From assembly GCA_963761885.1 (NCBI GenBank), contig CAVXIN010000009.1:38740-102739 (forward strand): a DNA stretch of 64,000 nucleotides. Direction: 5' to 3'. The translations under genes and the position numbers were made by a program. Shown here one piece after another: positions 23,415 to 32,937 of the stretch (its first letter is position 1; the number at the start of each line of letters is the position of its first letter). The notes beneath the pieces are model-generated. The model saw nothing but the letters and a program-made list of their open reading frames with translations, was not told the origin of the DNA and did not search any database. This DNA comes from an uncultured Gemmatimonadales bacterium. Lineage in GTDB: Bacteria > Gemmatimonadota > Gemmatimonadetes > Gemmatimonadales > GWC2-71-9.

Positions 23415-23756
23415 ATGGCGTTCGACAATAGCTGGGATCAAGAGGATGCTTGGTGGCGAGAAAACTACGGCGGCCGCTCCTACGCCACCGGCCGCAACTA
23501 TGAGGATTTCCGGCCCGCGTACAAGTACGGATACGAATCGGGCCGCCACCACCTCGGTCGCACCTGGAACGATGTGGAGTCCGACCTGCGGACAGGGTGG
23601 GATCGCTACGAGGGACGTGGGGTGGAATCGACCTGGGAGCGGGTGAAGGACGCGGTGAGCGATGCTTGGCACCGGGTGACCGGCCAGAAGAGCCTCGACG
23701 CCGACCGGATGAGCGAGCGCGAGGTGGACGGGCTTTCGGGGTCGCGCCGGAAGTAA
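23415..23756 (+). CDS. Conserved hypothetical protein (aromatic-rich; PAYKYGY and WERVKDAVSDAW motifs)
   Basis: Strong GGAGGT RBS before ATG 23415; non-shadow composition. Confidence 0.8.
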   Translation: MAFDNSWDQEDAWWRENYGGRSYATGRNYEDFRPAYKYGYESGRHHLGRTWNDVESDLRTGWDRYEGRGVESTWERVKDAVSDAWHRVTGQKSLDADRMSEREVDGLSGSRRK

Positions 23757-23843
23757 ACTGCACGACAGCGCCGCCCAGTACATCGGACGGCAGTGGCCCG
23801 CACCGGGAGCGTCGCTCGCGGTGCGGGCTTCGTGCGCGACGGG

Positions 23844-25664
23844 CTATCGGTGATCGAGATACATCAGGCCGCCCGAGGCACTCCCGAGCACGAGGTCGAG
23901 ATCGCCATCGCCGTCGAAATCGCCGGTGGAAGGTGCGGCCAACACCGGGGACGGGACCGAGAAGGCCGCGTCCCGCACGAACCGGGTCACGGAGCGGGTG
24001 CCTTCGTTCCGAAACAGCGCCACGCCGTTGCTCTCGGTGCCCAGCAGGAGATCGAGGTCGCCATCCCGATCCAGATCGGCCAGGTGCGGCGCGCTTCGCC
24101 GCCCGAGCTGAATGCTGTCGAGCTGGTCACTCACCAGGGCGAAGGTCGGATGGGCGGGGTCGCCGTCATTGCGGTAGTAGTTGAGCCAGCCTGACGACTC
24201 ACCGATCAGCAGATCGAGATCGCCATCGCCGTCCAGGTCGCCCAGGGTAGGAACCGTGTTGCTTCCGCGGGTGATGGTTACGACCGCGGTGTCCACCGGG
24301 ACGTAGCCGCGTTCGGTGCCCCGGTACCACGCGAGTCTCGGTCCCCACTGCCCCATGATCAGGTCGAGCCGGCCATCTGCGTCGAGGTCCCCGAACGTCG
24401 GCGCGGCGTGGAAGCGCCGGCCGAGGTCGAGGGGCGGCCGGAGGCGGAGGGAGGCATGCGACGCCGTTCCGACGTTCTCCAGCAGGTACGTGAAGGAGCT
24501 CTGCAGGTCCGATGGGTCGAGCTTGTTGGCCACCAGCATGTCGAGGTCGCCGTCACCATCCACGTCGGCCACCGCAGGGACGGATTCGGCTCCGATGTCG
24601 AGCACCGGCAGAAGGCGCCGGGTCCTGATCTCCCAGTCGTCGCCCGGACCGCGCGTCATGTAGTAGAGATTGTCCGAGGCCGTCCGCAGGGGATTGTACG
24701 CACCCCCCAGGACGCCGACGATCAGGTCTGCGCGCCCGTCACCGCTCACGTCACCGAAGCTCGGAGCGTTGTACCCAGACGTCAGCAATGGCCGGCCGAC
24801 CGGGAACTGCACCGGCGTGCCCCGGAAGCTGGGCGAGGGACAGGTCCCCAGGTTCGGAATCAGCAGCAGCCCCGGCTCGAAGAAGTCCCCCCAGAAGAGA
24901 TCGAGATCGCCATCGCCGTCGTGGTCGGCGAAGGCCATGGTGTTCGCCCCGTGCATGCTCGGGCCCGGCCCGAACGGCGAGGGCGGTCCGGCCTGCTGGC
25001 CGATGATCCGGATGCCCTCGAACTCGTTCGCGACGAGCCGGAACGATGGGGCATGGCCCGCCTGGGGCGGCACCGCCTCGTACCGCGCCACGGTGCCGTC
25101 GAGCCGTCCGATGAGCAGGTCGGACCGGCGGTTGCAGTCGAGGTCGCCGAGCTGCGGGATGTTCTGCCGGTCCGAGAAGATCGGCACTCCGTCGGTGTCC
25201 TTCAGCGTGTCGGCGGCGAGCACGAAGCGGTGGGCGCCCTCGGCTCCGTCGTTGCGGTAGTACTTGATGTAGCTGAAGGGCTGCTCGGCGAGAAGATCGA
25301 GATCGCCGTCGGCATCCACGTCGGCGAAGCGGTACCACTCGCCCACGTCGAGGTCTCCGTACCGGGCGGTCCGGAAGAGGAACCGGGGAAGGCCGCCGGC
25401 CTCACCGTCGCGCTCGTAGAAGCCCACGCTCCCGGTCACTTCCTGGACGAAGAGATCCAGGTCACCATCTCCGTCCGCGTCCACCAGCTGGGGGCGAGGT
25501 GCGTTGAAGCCCCCGACGAACGGCAGCGCGACCGGGCGGCCGTCGATGTCAGCCACGGGGAAAGGGGCTACGAGCGCTCGGAAGGAATCGGCTCGCGCGG
25601 AAGGGGAGATGGGTCCTGGTGCGGAGCCGCCACACGCCAGCGCCGCGGCGGCGATGGCCGCCAC
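23844..25664 (-). CDS. FG-GAP/VCBS repeat lipoprotein (Ca-binding beta-propeller); start approximate
   Basis: About ten DxDGDGDLDL-type repeats; lipobox AALAC. Confidence 0.85.
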   Translation of the reverse strand: MAAIAAAALACGGSAPGPISPSARADSFRALVAPFPVADIDGRPVALPFVGGFNAPRPQLVDADGDGDLDLFVQEVTGSVGFYERDGEAGGLPRFLFRTARYGDLDVGEWYRFADVDADGDLDLLAEQPFSYIKYYRNDGAEGAHRFVLAADTLKDTDGVPIFSDRQNIPQLGDLDCNRRSDLLIGRLDGTVARYEAVPPQAGHAPSFRLVANEFEGIRIIGQQAGPPSPFGPGPSMHGANTMAFADHDGDGDLDLFWGDFFEPGLLLIPNLGTCPSPSFRGTPVQFPVGRPLLTSGYNAPSFGDVSGDGRADLIVGVLGGAYNPLRTASDNLYYMTRGPGDDWEIRTRRLLPVLDIGAESVPAVADVDGDGDLDMLVANKLDPSDLQSSFTYLLENVGTASHASLRLRPPLDLGRRFHAAPTFGDLDADGRLDLIMGQWGPRLAWYRGTERGYVPVDTAVVTITRGSNTVPTLGDLDGDGDLDLLIGESSGWLNYYRNDGDPAHPTFALVSDQLDSIQLGRRSAPHLADLDRDGDLDLLLGTESNGVALFRNEGTRSVTRFVRDAAFSVPSPVLAAPSTGDFDGDGDLDLVLGSASGGLMYLDHR

Positions 25665-25678
25665 CCCGCGGGGACAGG

Positions 25679-26758
25679 TCAGCGGCAGGGTGCGATCGCC
25701 GTGGCGGGAGGCACGGGTGTCATGCCCAGTCCGGCCGCATAGTTGCCGACGGTGAGGACGGTATCCACCGTCCGACTCTCGGCGCAGATCGCGACCACCG
25801 TGCCCGGGCTGGTGGGTTTCCCGCCGGCGTGGTCGTGGACGCCTCCCTGTTGGTGGCGATTGCCGACGAAGATGCGCGAGCCATCGGGAGACAGCGCGAT
25901 GCCGTGCGGCTGACCGTAGCCGGGGTGCTCGGGCAGCACCGCTACCGACCAGTCGCGGGTATCGACTGCCGCGACGCGATTGGCGTTGAGCGCGGTCACG
26001 AAGATGAACCGGCTGTCGGGTGTGAAGATCGGCTCGAAAGGGCCGTCCGGCATGGCGAGTCCGCGCACCAGTCGAGGGGACGCCGGCACCGAGAGATCGA
26101 ACAGGAGCAGCGAATCGGTGAGCTCGGCCGTGACGGCGAGCAACCGGCCGTCGGGCGCCGCCGCCGCCTGGACGAAGCCGTGCGCCATGCCGGGCACGTT
26201 GACGAGGCGCACCTCGCCCTGGTCCACCCCCACGCTCGCGATCTGGTTGGTACCGAGGCTCGCCACGTAGACCACGTCGCCGCGGGGGTGCACCACGATC
26301 CCGTGCGGCCGCGGAAAGAGGAGGTCCACCTCGTCGAGCAGCTTCATGTCCGAGCGACGGATCACCGCCATCCGCGGCGGCGGGTTTACCGCGCTCATGC
26401 TGCGCCCGACGAACATCAGGTCCTTCGTGGGATGCAGGGCGATCAGGCCCGGCACCTCCATCTCGACGCTCCCGAGCACGCGGCCGCTCGGGTCCAGCTT
26501 CAGCACCTTCCCCGCACCGATCAGGGTGACGTACCACGCGCTGCCGTTCGACTCCACCTGGATGTGGTGGGGTTTCGCATTGTCACCCACGCCGTAGCGG
26601 CGGAGGTCGATGGTCCGCAGCACCCGGCGGGTCGCGGGGTCGATCACCGACACCGTGGCATCGTCCTGATTCGGCACGTAGAGCTGCGCCCGCAGTGGCA
26701 GCGGACCCAGCACAAGCACCGCCGCCGCGGCCGCCACCGCCCGGCGGAGTCCGATCAC
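25679..26758 (-). CDS. YncE/YVTN-family beta-propeller secreted protein
   Basis: Signal peptide; LYVPNQDDATVSVID; repeated PHGI/PHHI, SPDGSRIFV; GTGA overlap with the upstream gene. Confidence 0.85.
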   Translation of the reverse strand: MIGLRRAVAAAAAVLVLGPLPLRAQLYVPNQDDATVSVIDPATRRVLRTIDLRRYGVGDNAKPHHIQVESNGSAWYVTLIGAGKVLKLDPSGRVLGSVEMEVPGLIALHPTKDLMFVGRSMSAVNPPPRMAVIRRSDMKLLDEVDLLFPRPHGIVVHPRGDVVYVASLGTNQIASVGVDQGEVRLVNVPGMAHGFVQAAAAPDGRLLAVTAELTDSLLLFDLSVPASPRLVRGLAMPDGPFEPIFTPDSRFIFVTALNANRVAAVDTRDWSVAVLPEHPGYGQPHGIALSPDGSRIFVGNRHQQGGVHDHAGGKPTSPGTVVAICAESRTVDTVLTVGNYAAGLGMTPVPPATAIAPCR

Positions 26759-29194
26759 GGCAGGACCGTCCGGGGCTGATAACGAATCAGGAAGAGGCCT
26801 TCCCGCATACTGGTCGCCGCCACGACGCCGCTGGTGAAGTAGGGGTAGTTGCTCCAGGAGCCGGCGAAGCCGGGGAGATTGTCACCAAAGGGCACGGTGT
26901 CGAAATAGCCGACCTCCACCGGATTGACCGGGTCGTTCACGTCCACCACGCGGAGCCCGGCCACGTAGTTCGACTGGTACATGTACCGGCCCTTCACGTA
27001 CAGGTTGTGATCCGACGCCGCGGTGGTTCCATAGAACTCCTTGGCGACGACCGGATCCTCGAGGTCGGCGAGGTCGAAGACGACGGTGCGGGTCTTGGGG
27101 GCCGTGCCCGCGATCTCGTCGCCCTCGTCGTCGAGGAAGAAGTAGCGCTGGTCCTCGGTGAGCCACCCCTGGTGGGCGTAGGCGACGTTGGGATAGGCCG
27201 CGATGCTCAGGGTCTTCGGCTTGCTCTTGTCGGTCACGTCGGCGATGCCGAGCGCGGTCTCGCTGGAGTTGAAGCAGATCTCGCGGCCGTGGTAGCGCCC
27301 GTCGGGCCCATGGTAGGTGACGCACTGCGCGTCGTGGGTCTGGCCGGTGCGCTGCAGCCCCAGGGCGGGATCGGCGTAGCAGCCGGCGAACTTGGGGTTG
27401 ACCGGGTCGCGGATGTCGATCATGTGGAGCGCACCGCCACAGGTCTCGCCGCCCATGCTGTTGCCGACGGTGTAGGCGAAGCCGGTGCTTCGAGTTGATG
27501 ACGATGTTGTGCGCGCTGTTGATCCGGGTGTAGTGCGCCGTCTCCTGAAAGGTCTGCGGCGGTGCGTGACGTTCCGGAGCTGGGTCAGGTCGAAGACCTG
27601 CATGCCGTGCGGGCCCGAGCCGTCGGCCACGATGAACGCGTGATTCTTGTAGACCTTGATGTCGCGCCAGATGTTCGCGCGCGCGCCCCGGTGCATCGGC
27701 AGGTCACCGAGGTACTTCGGATTCGCCGGATCGGTCACCTCGACGAACGAGGTCCCGTCGGTCCGTCCCACCAGCGCGAACTCCCGCCCGGTGGTCGAAT
27801 CGGTCCAGCCCCACAGGTCGTTCAGCAGCGTGCCGCGCTTCGCGCCGATGCTGCTCTTGGGCAGGAACGCCACCAGGTCCGCGTCCTTGCAGTCGAAGGC
27901 CTTGGCCTTCCCCGCCTGGCACTTGACCTCACCGCCGGCCACGGTCGGCAGCACGGTGGACACCGTGTCGTTCACCGCTGCGATTTCCCGCCATGCGCCG
28001 GCGGCGCCGTCCCGCTGGTACACCAGGCCAACGCCCTCGAAGAAGTAGGCCAGCGGCGCACCGGCGACACTCACGCCCCTTCTGGGCCGCGATGGCGGCG
28101 CCGAGCCGGGTGGAGAACCCGGCGGGCGGCGTCACCAGCTTCTGCACACTCTTCCAATCGGCACCGCCGGTCCGTCGGAAGATGTGGACCGCGCCCGCGC
28201 TCTTGTCGCTGGTAGGCGCTCCGACGAGCAGGTCGCCACCGTCCCTGGCGAGGGCGGCGCCGAACGCACCCGGTCGGACGACACTGTCGGGAACCACGCT
28301 ACCCGCCGGCACCCACGCGGCGCCCTCGCGACGCCAGCGGATGACGGCACCGGCAAGGCTGTCCGAAAGCGGTGCACCAACCACGGCCTCCTCCCCATCC
28401 AGCAGCACCGACACGCCGAGCGCGCGGATGCCCTGGTCCGGAGCACCGGCCAGCCGGCCGTCCTCGGCCCAGGCGCCGCGGGAAGCCGCCCGATACACGA
28501 AAGCCTGGCCCGGCTTCCACCGGGTGGAATCGAAGGTCCACGGACCGGGGGCTCCGACCAGCGCCCGGCGTCCGTCGAACGCCAGCGCCGCGCCGAACCA
28601 GTCGCCGGCCGCGGTGCCGCCGCCCTGGATGACCGAGCCTTCGACCCACTCGCGGGTGTTCTTACCGCGGACGAAGGAGAGGACAGCCCCTCGCTCGCTC
28701 TCCCGGCCCGGCGCGCCCACCAGGAGTACGGAGCCCTTGAGCGCCAGTGACGCGCCGAGGCGATCCCCGTCGGCACCCCCGGCTCCCTCCAGCCGCGCAC
28801 GCTCGGCCCAGCTGTTCCCGGTCCGCTCGTAGACGTAGACGGCCCCGCCACCCGGAGCGCCGGGCGCCCCGATCGCCAGGATATTGCCGTCCACGGCCAG
28901 GGCCGTCCCGAACCCGTCACCCAGGCGCCCGTCCTTCGGGCTGACCATACCCTCCTCGCGCCAGACGGCTCCGGATCTCCGAAACACGTGGACGGCGCCG
29001 GCGTGGCTGGCCGGAATGGGGAATCCGATCAGCGTGCCCGGACGCCCGACCAGAATCTGGTCTCCAGCGATCGCAGCGGCACCGCCGAAGCCAATGGCTT
29101 CAGGGGATACGTCTCGAAACGTCTGGGCGGCGACGGGGGAGGAAACAATTACCAGAGAGGCGACGAGCGAGGGTACCGCGAGTGCCAAACGCAT
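26755..29194 (-). CDS. Choice-of-anchor B family protein with N-terminal FG-GAP (integrin-like) repeats; frameshifts near 28070 and 27490-27570
   Basis: FGxALA...LVGAP repeats; NDLWGWTD, WRDIKVYKNHAFIVAD, HGMQVFDL, HDAQCV, YAHQGWLTED, DHNLYV, GSWSNYPYF. Confidence 0.88.
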
Positions 29195-29324
29195 TGGGTC
29201 AGTCCTGAGGCTAGGGCGTCGGGAGAGTCTACACCCGACGTGCAGGCTTGGGAACATGAGAGCGTTAACACCGGCCGCGGCGCGGCCGTCCTCTACCCGA
29301 ACAATCAATCGAGAGGCAGTTCAC

Positions 29325-29805
29325 ATGCAGCGACGTACCCTGGCCCTCGCCCTCGCCGCGGCGGGCCTCCTGATGTCCACCGGCCCGGCGCACGCCCAGG
29401 CGGGCGGCGCCACTCCCCCGGCACCGGCGGATTCGGCCCACCGAATGAGGTACGACCCGGTCGGGAAGCTCCTGTCCCAGCGGGCCGAGCTCAAGCTCAC
29501 CGACGACCAGGCCAAGCGGTTGGAGGCGATTCGAGCCAGGTACCAGGCCCGCAATCAGGAACGGGCGGAGGAAGTGCACCACAACCGCGAAGCGCGGTCG
29601 AAGTTCCGGGCCAGCATGGACAGCACCCGGACCGAGGTGATGGCCGTACTCACGCCCGAGCAGCAGACGAAGGTGGCAGCCATGCGCAAGCAGGCCCGCG
29701 ACGAGTGGCGCGAAAAGCATGGCGGCAAGCATGGCCATCGCCACGAGCACGGCGGCGATGACGATCACCACGTCCGACACCAGGCGGGACTCGGTCTCGC
29801 AGTAG
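29325..29805 (+). CDS. Spy/CpxP (LTXXQ) periplasmic chaperone-like protein with His-rich tail; 3' end inferred through a probable indel
   Basis: GAGG RBS; signal peptide AHAQ; LKLTDDQ and VLTPEQQ motifs; HGGKHGHRHEHGGDDDHH; TAG at 29803-29805 just before a terminator. Confidence 0.75.
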
Positions 29806-29820
29806 CCCGATGGCCGGCAA

Positions 29821-29862
29821 ACGACAGGGGGGCCATCCCATGGACGGCCCCCCTGTCGCGTT
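29821..29862. terminator. Hairpin terminator between convergent genes
   Basis: CGACAGGGGGGCC...GGCCCCCCTGTCG inverted repeat. Confidence 0.7.
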
Positions 29863-29882
29863 GCCCGGATCAGCGCGGCGAA

Positions 29883-32492
29883 CTACTCGGCCGCTTCGCG
29901 CGCACCTTCCTCGACGTCCTCCAGCGCGGCGACCGCCGCCTTGAGGTCCGCCGCCAGCGACCGCTCCCGCCGCAGCGATACGATCAGCGCCTCCGCCTGC
30001 TTCATCTGCAACCCCAGCGCGCCGGCGGATTCCATCGCATGATCCACCACGGTCTTCTGGGCCTGCAGCGTCTCGACGGTGGTCTTGATGCCGAGCGCCA
30101 GTGCCTCGGCCCGCGCGAGCCGCTGCTCCGCCCGCTCCAGTGCCCGCTTCCGCGCCTCGAAGTCCAGCAGCGCCTGCTCCGCGACCTGGAACCGGCTCTG
30201 GGTGTCCTCGAGCAGCGCCCGGGTCTCGTCGATCTGCCGCCGGGATGAGCCGATGGTCTGCACGTTGTCCACCGCCCGCTGGGCGAGCTCGAAGACGTTC
30301 TTGACTTCGGATTCCAGCGCCTCGACCGCACCCTGCCGGGCGAGGGTCTGCTCCAGCCCGGTCGCCGCCTCGGCCTGAGCCGACTCCCACCGGCCCAGCA
30401 GGTCCTCGAACTGTGCCAGCTGGCGCTCGATCGGCTTGAGCGCGGCCGCGCGGCTCTCGAGATCGGCCGAGATCTTCTTCAGCCCGCCCGAACGCTCCTC
30501 GGCGTTGGTGAGGGTCGTGCCGACGGTGCGGGAGATCTCCTCGAGCCGCTGAGCCGTCTCGGCCGCTTCCTGCCGGAGCGCCGAGGCGCGAGTGAGGTGC
30601 TCGGTGGCCTTGTCGAGCGCGCCCTGCCGCTGGTCGAGCTCCTGGCCGAGCAGCCGGATGCGATCCTGCAGCTCGTCGAGCTGCTGGGTCCGGCTCTCCA
30701 GCGACCGAACCGACTCGTCCACCGTCGACATCCGCTTCTCGGCGTCGGAGACCGATTCGGTCACCTCGGCCATGGTGTCGGCCACCAGCTGGGCCTCGTC
30801 CGCCTGCTTCGCCAGCTGCCCGAAGCGGGTCTCGGCGGTCTCCATCCGGCCGCGCAGCGATTCGGTGCGCTCCTTGAGCTCGGCCCCGACCGCGCCGAGA
30901 TCGCCCAGGCGGCGCTGCACGTCGGTCAGCGCGTCGCGACGGGCTTCGATCTCGCTCATGGCGGACTTGACCTGCTCCACCTCCTCGCGGATCCGCTCGA
31001 CCGCCGGCTCCATGCCGCTCAGCTCCTTGACCTGCCCCTGCACCTTCTTGGTCCAGACGTCGGTGCTGGAGAGCCAGGTCTCCACCTCGCCGTGGGTCTC
31101 GCGCAGACGGGTCATCTCCTCGTACGCCACCCGCATCTGCTCCAGCCCGTCGGCCATCATCTCCCGAGTGCCCTTGAGCGAGCCGAGGTCCTTGACCGCC
31201 GACTCGATGCCGGGGCGAAGCTCCTCGATCCGCTGCATCCGGGTCGCCACGTCGGTCGCGACCCCGTCGAGCCGCCCGACTTCCTGGCGGAGCGACGCGA
31301 TCCGCTTCTCCTCCTCCAGCAGCCGGGCCAGCTCGGCCGACAGCGTGGCGGCCTCTTCGCCCGCGCTGCGGACCTGGGCGGTGACGGCGGCGGTGCCCTG
31401 GCTCGCCGCGTCCAGCACGGCGAAGCGGGTCTCGCACTCCTTGACCCCGTTGCGCAGGTCGGCCACGCGCTCGCTCACCGCGTGCAGGCCCCGGTTCTCC
31501 AGCTCGAAGCTCTCGCTGCTCTTCCGCATCTGCTCGCGGAGGTCGTGAAGGGACTGCCGCGCGGCCTGCTGGGCCTCCTCGGTCTGTTGCGCCATGGCCT
31601 GCAGCTCGTCCGAGCGCGCGAGCACCTTGCCCTGCACCGCCGACACCTCGGCGATCTTGGCCTCGATCGCACCGAAGCGGCGGATCTGCTCCTCCTGCCG
31701 GCGGAGCCACGCGTCGAGCTCGCGATCCAGACGGGTGAGCTGGGAGATCTGGGTCGCGGCGCGATCCACGGCCTCACGCTGCTGCTCCAGCGCGGCCGAC
31801 TTCTGCGACACCTGGTCGGCCAGCGCCTTGAGCACGGCGAGACGATGCTGCACGTCGGGCACCGCGGCCACCGCCTGGCCCACCGGCTCGAGCGCCCGCT
31901 CGACCGCCTGCACCCGGCGCGACACCTCGTCGAGCCGGCTGGTGGAGGCCTGGTACTCCTGGTCGAATGCTTCCAGCCGCGAGGTGCTGTGACGGTGGGC
32001 GCGCAGCGCGTCATCGGCCTGGGTCCGCATCCGGGTCACGTCCTCGCCCATCTCCTCGAGCTGCTTCCGGAGGCCGTCGGCATCGCCCCGCACGGCCGCG
32101 ATCGGACTCTCCAGGCTGAGGAACCCCTCGATCTGCTCGCGCAGCTTGAGGGCCGCATCGATCTTGTCCCCGAACTCGCCCATCCGCGCCTGGAGCTGGT
32201 CGATCTCCGCCCCGGCCCCCGCCACCCGCGCGACCTGCGCCTCGGCGGCGGTGAGGCGGGCGGAGGTGCCCTCCATCTCGGCGACCTGCCGCTCGACACT
32301 CTCACAGCGCTCGCGCAGCGTGTTGAGGTCCTCAGACCGCTCCAGCACCGGCGCCAGCGCGCGGAGCTGCTCGAGCGCCTGCTCGGCACGGGCGACGAGC
32401 GCCTCGAGGGCGATGGTGATGTGCGTACCGCTCGAATCGACGGCAACGACGGCGTCGTCGGTGCGGCGGCGGCCTTTGAGGAAGGAAACCAT
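29883..32492 (-). CDS. Large coiled-coil protein (~870 aa), no recognisable catalytic domain
   Basis: Continuous E/Q/R/A/L heptad-rich sequence with few prolines; GGAG RBS before ATG 32492; no Walker A motif. Confidence 0.85.
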   Translation of the reverse strand: MVSFLKGRRRTDDAVVAVDSSGTHITIALEALVARAEQALEQLRALAPVLERSEDLNTLRERCESVERQVAEMEGTSARLTAAEAQVARVAGAGAEIDQLQARMGEFGDKIDAALKLREQIEGFLSLESPIAAVRGDADGLRKQLEEMGEDVTRMRTQADDALRAHRHSTSRLEAFDQEYQASTSRLDEVSRRVQAVERALEPVGQAVAAVPDVQHRLAVLKALADQVSQKSAALEQQREAVDRAATQISQLTRLDRELDAWLRRQEEQIRRFGAIEAKIAEVSAVQGKVLARSDELQAMAQQTEEAQQAARQSLHDLREQMRKSSESFELENRGLHAVSERVADLRNGVKECETRFAVLDAASQGTAAVTAQVRSAGEEAATLSAELARLLEEEKRIASLRQEVGRLDGVATDVATRMQRIEELRPGIESAVKDLGSLKGTREMMADGLEQMRVAYEEMTRLRETHGEVETWLSSTDVWTKKVQGQVKELSGMEPAVERIREEVEQVKSAMSEIEARRDALTDVQRRLGDLGAVGAELKERTESLRGRMETAETRFGQLAKQADEAQLVADTMAEVTESVSDAEKRMSTVDESVRSLESRTQQLDELQDRIRLLGQELDQRQGALDKATEHLTRASALRQEAAETAQRLEEISRTVGTTLTNAEERSGGLKKISADLESRAAALKPIERQLAQFEDLLGRWESAQAEAATGLEQTLARQGAVEALESEVKNVFELAQRAVDNVQTIGSSRRQIDETRALLEDTQSRFQVAEQALLDFEARKRALERAEQRLARAEALALGIKTTVETLQAQKTVVDHAMESAGALGLQMKQAEALIVSLRRERSLAADLKAAVAALEDVEEGAREAAE

Positions 32493-32811
32493 GGCAATGC
32501 TCCGGGGAGTGGCGATTTTGGCGATGGACGCGGAACGCGAGGGGAACCGTGCAGATATCAGCAACGGGTATGCCCGGACGCGTGATGCGCGCGGACGGCT
32601 CGCGCGACGGATCACCCGCATCCACTCAAGGTGCTGCCGGTGCGCGACATCCGACGTGAGAGCGAACCCGGATCATCGGGACGCCGCGGCAGCTCATAAG
32701 CAGAAGCGACCGCGACCTGCCACTGAGTTTGGCAGCACGCGAGATGATCGAAGGAATTGCCGAGACGGGCGATGGCGTGTGGGTTGGTTTCGGTTTATGT
32801 TCGGGTGAGAG

Positions 32812-32911
32812 GAGCTATGAGCTATGGAGCTATGAGCTTCCGGCACGGCGGGAGGAGGCATAGCAGGTCGGTTGCCTTTAGCTCATAGCTCATAGCTCAT
32901 AGCTCATAGCT
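32812..32911. repeat. Inverted heptamer tandem-repeat array (GAGCTAT)n ... (ATAGCTC)n
   Basis: Left arm 32812-32838 has ~4 copies of GAGCTAT; right arm 32880-32911 has 4.5 copies of AGCTCAT (reverse complement); 41-bp spacer. Confidence 0.95.
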
Positions 32912-32937
32912 ACCTAACAATCCCACCGGACTTAGAA

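Noticed and set aside
25690-26537. N-terminal extension of the 897-aa FG-GAP ORF
   Set aside because: Arg/Pro/Gly-rich off-frame shadow of the YncE gene.
29806-30248. Extension of the Spy/CpxP ORF to 30248
   Set aside because: It runs through a terminator and antisense into the coiled-coil gene; probably an indel near 29770.
29883-32492. SMC/SbcC or defence ATPase call for the coiled-coil protein
   Set aside because: No Walker A/B, signature motif, hinge or zinc hook.
32812-32911. Repeat array as a CRISPR
   Set aside because: 7-bp tandem units with no spacers and no cas genes.
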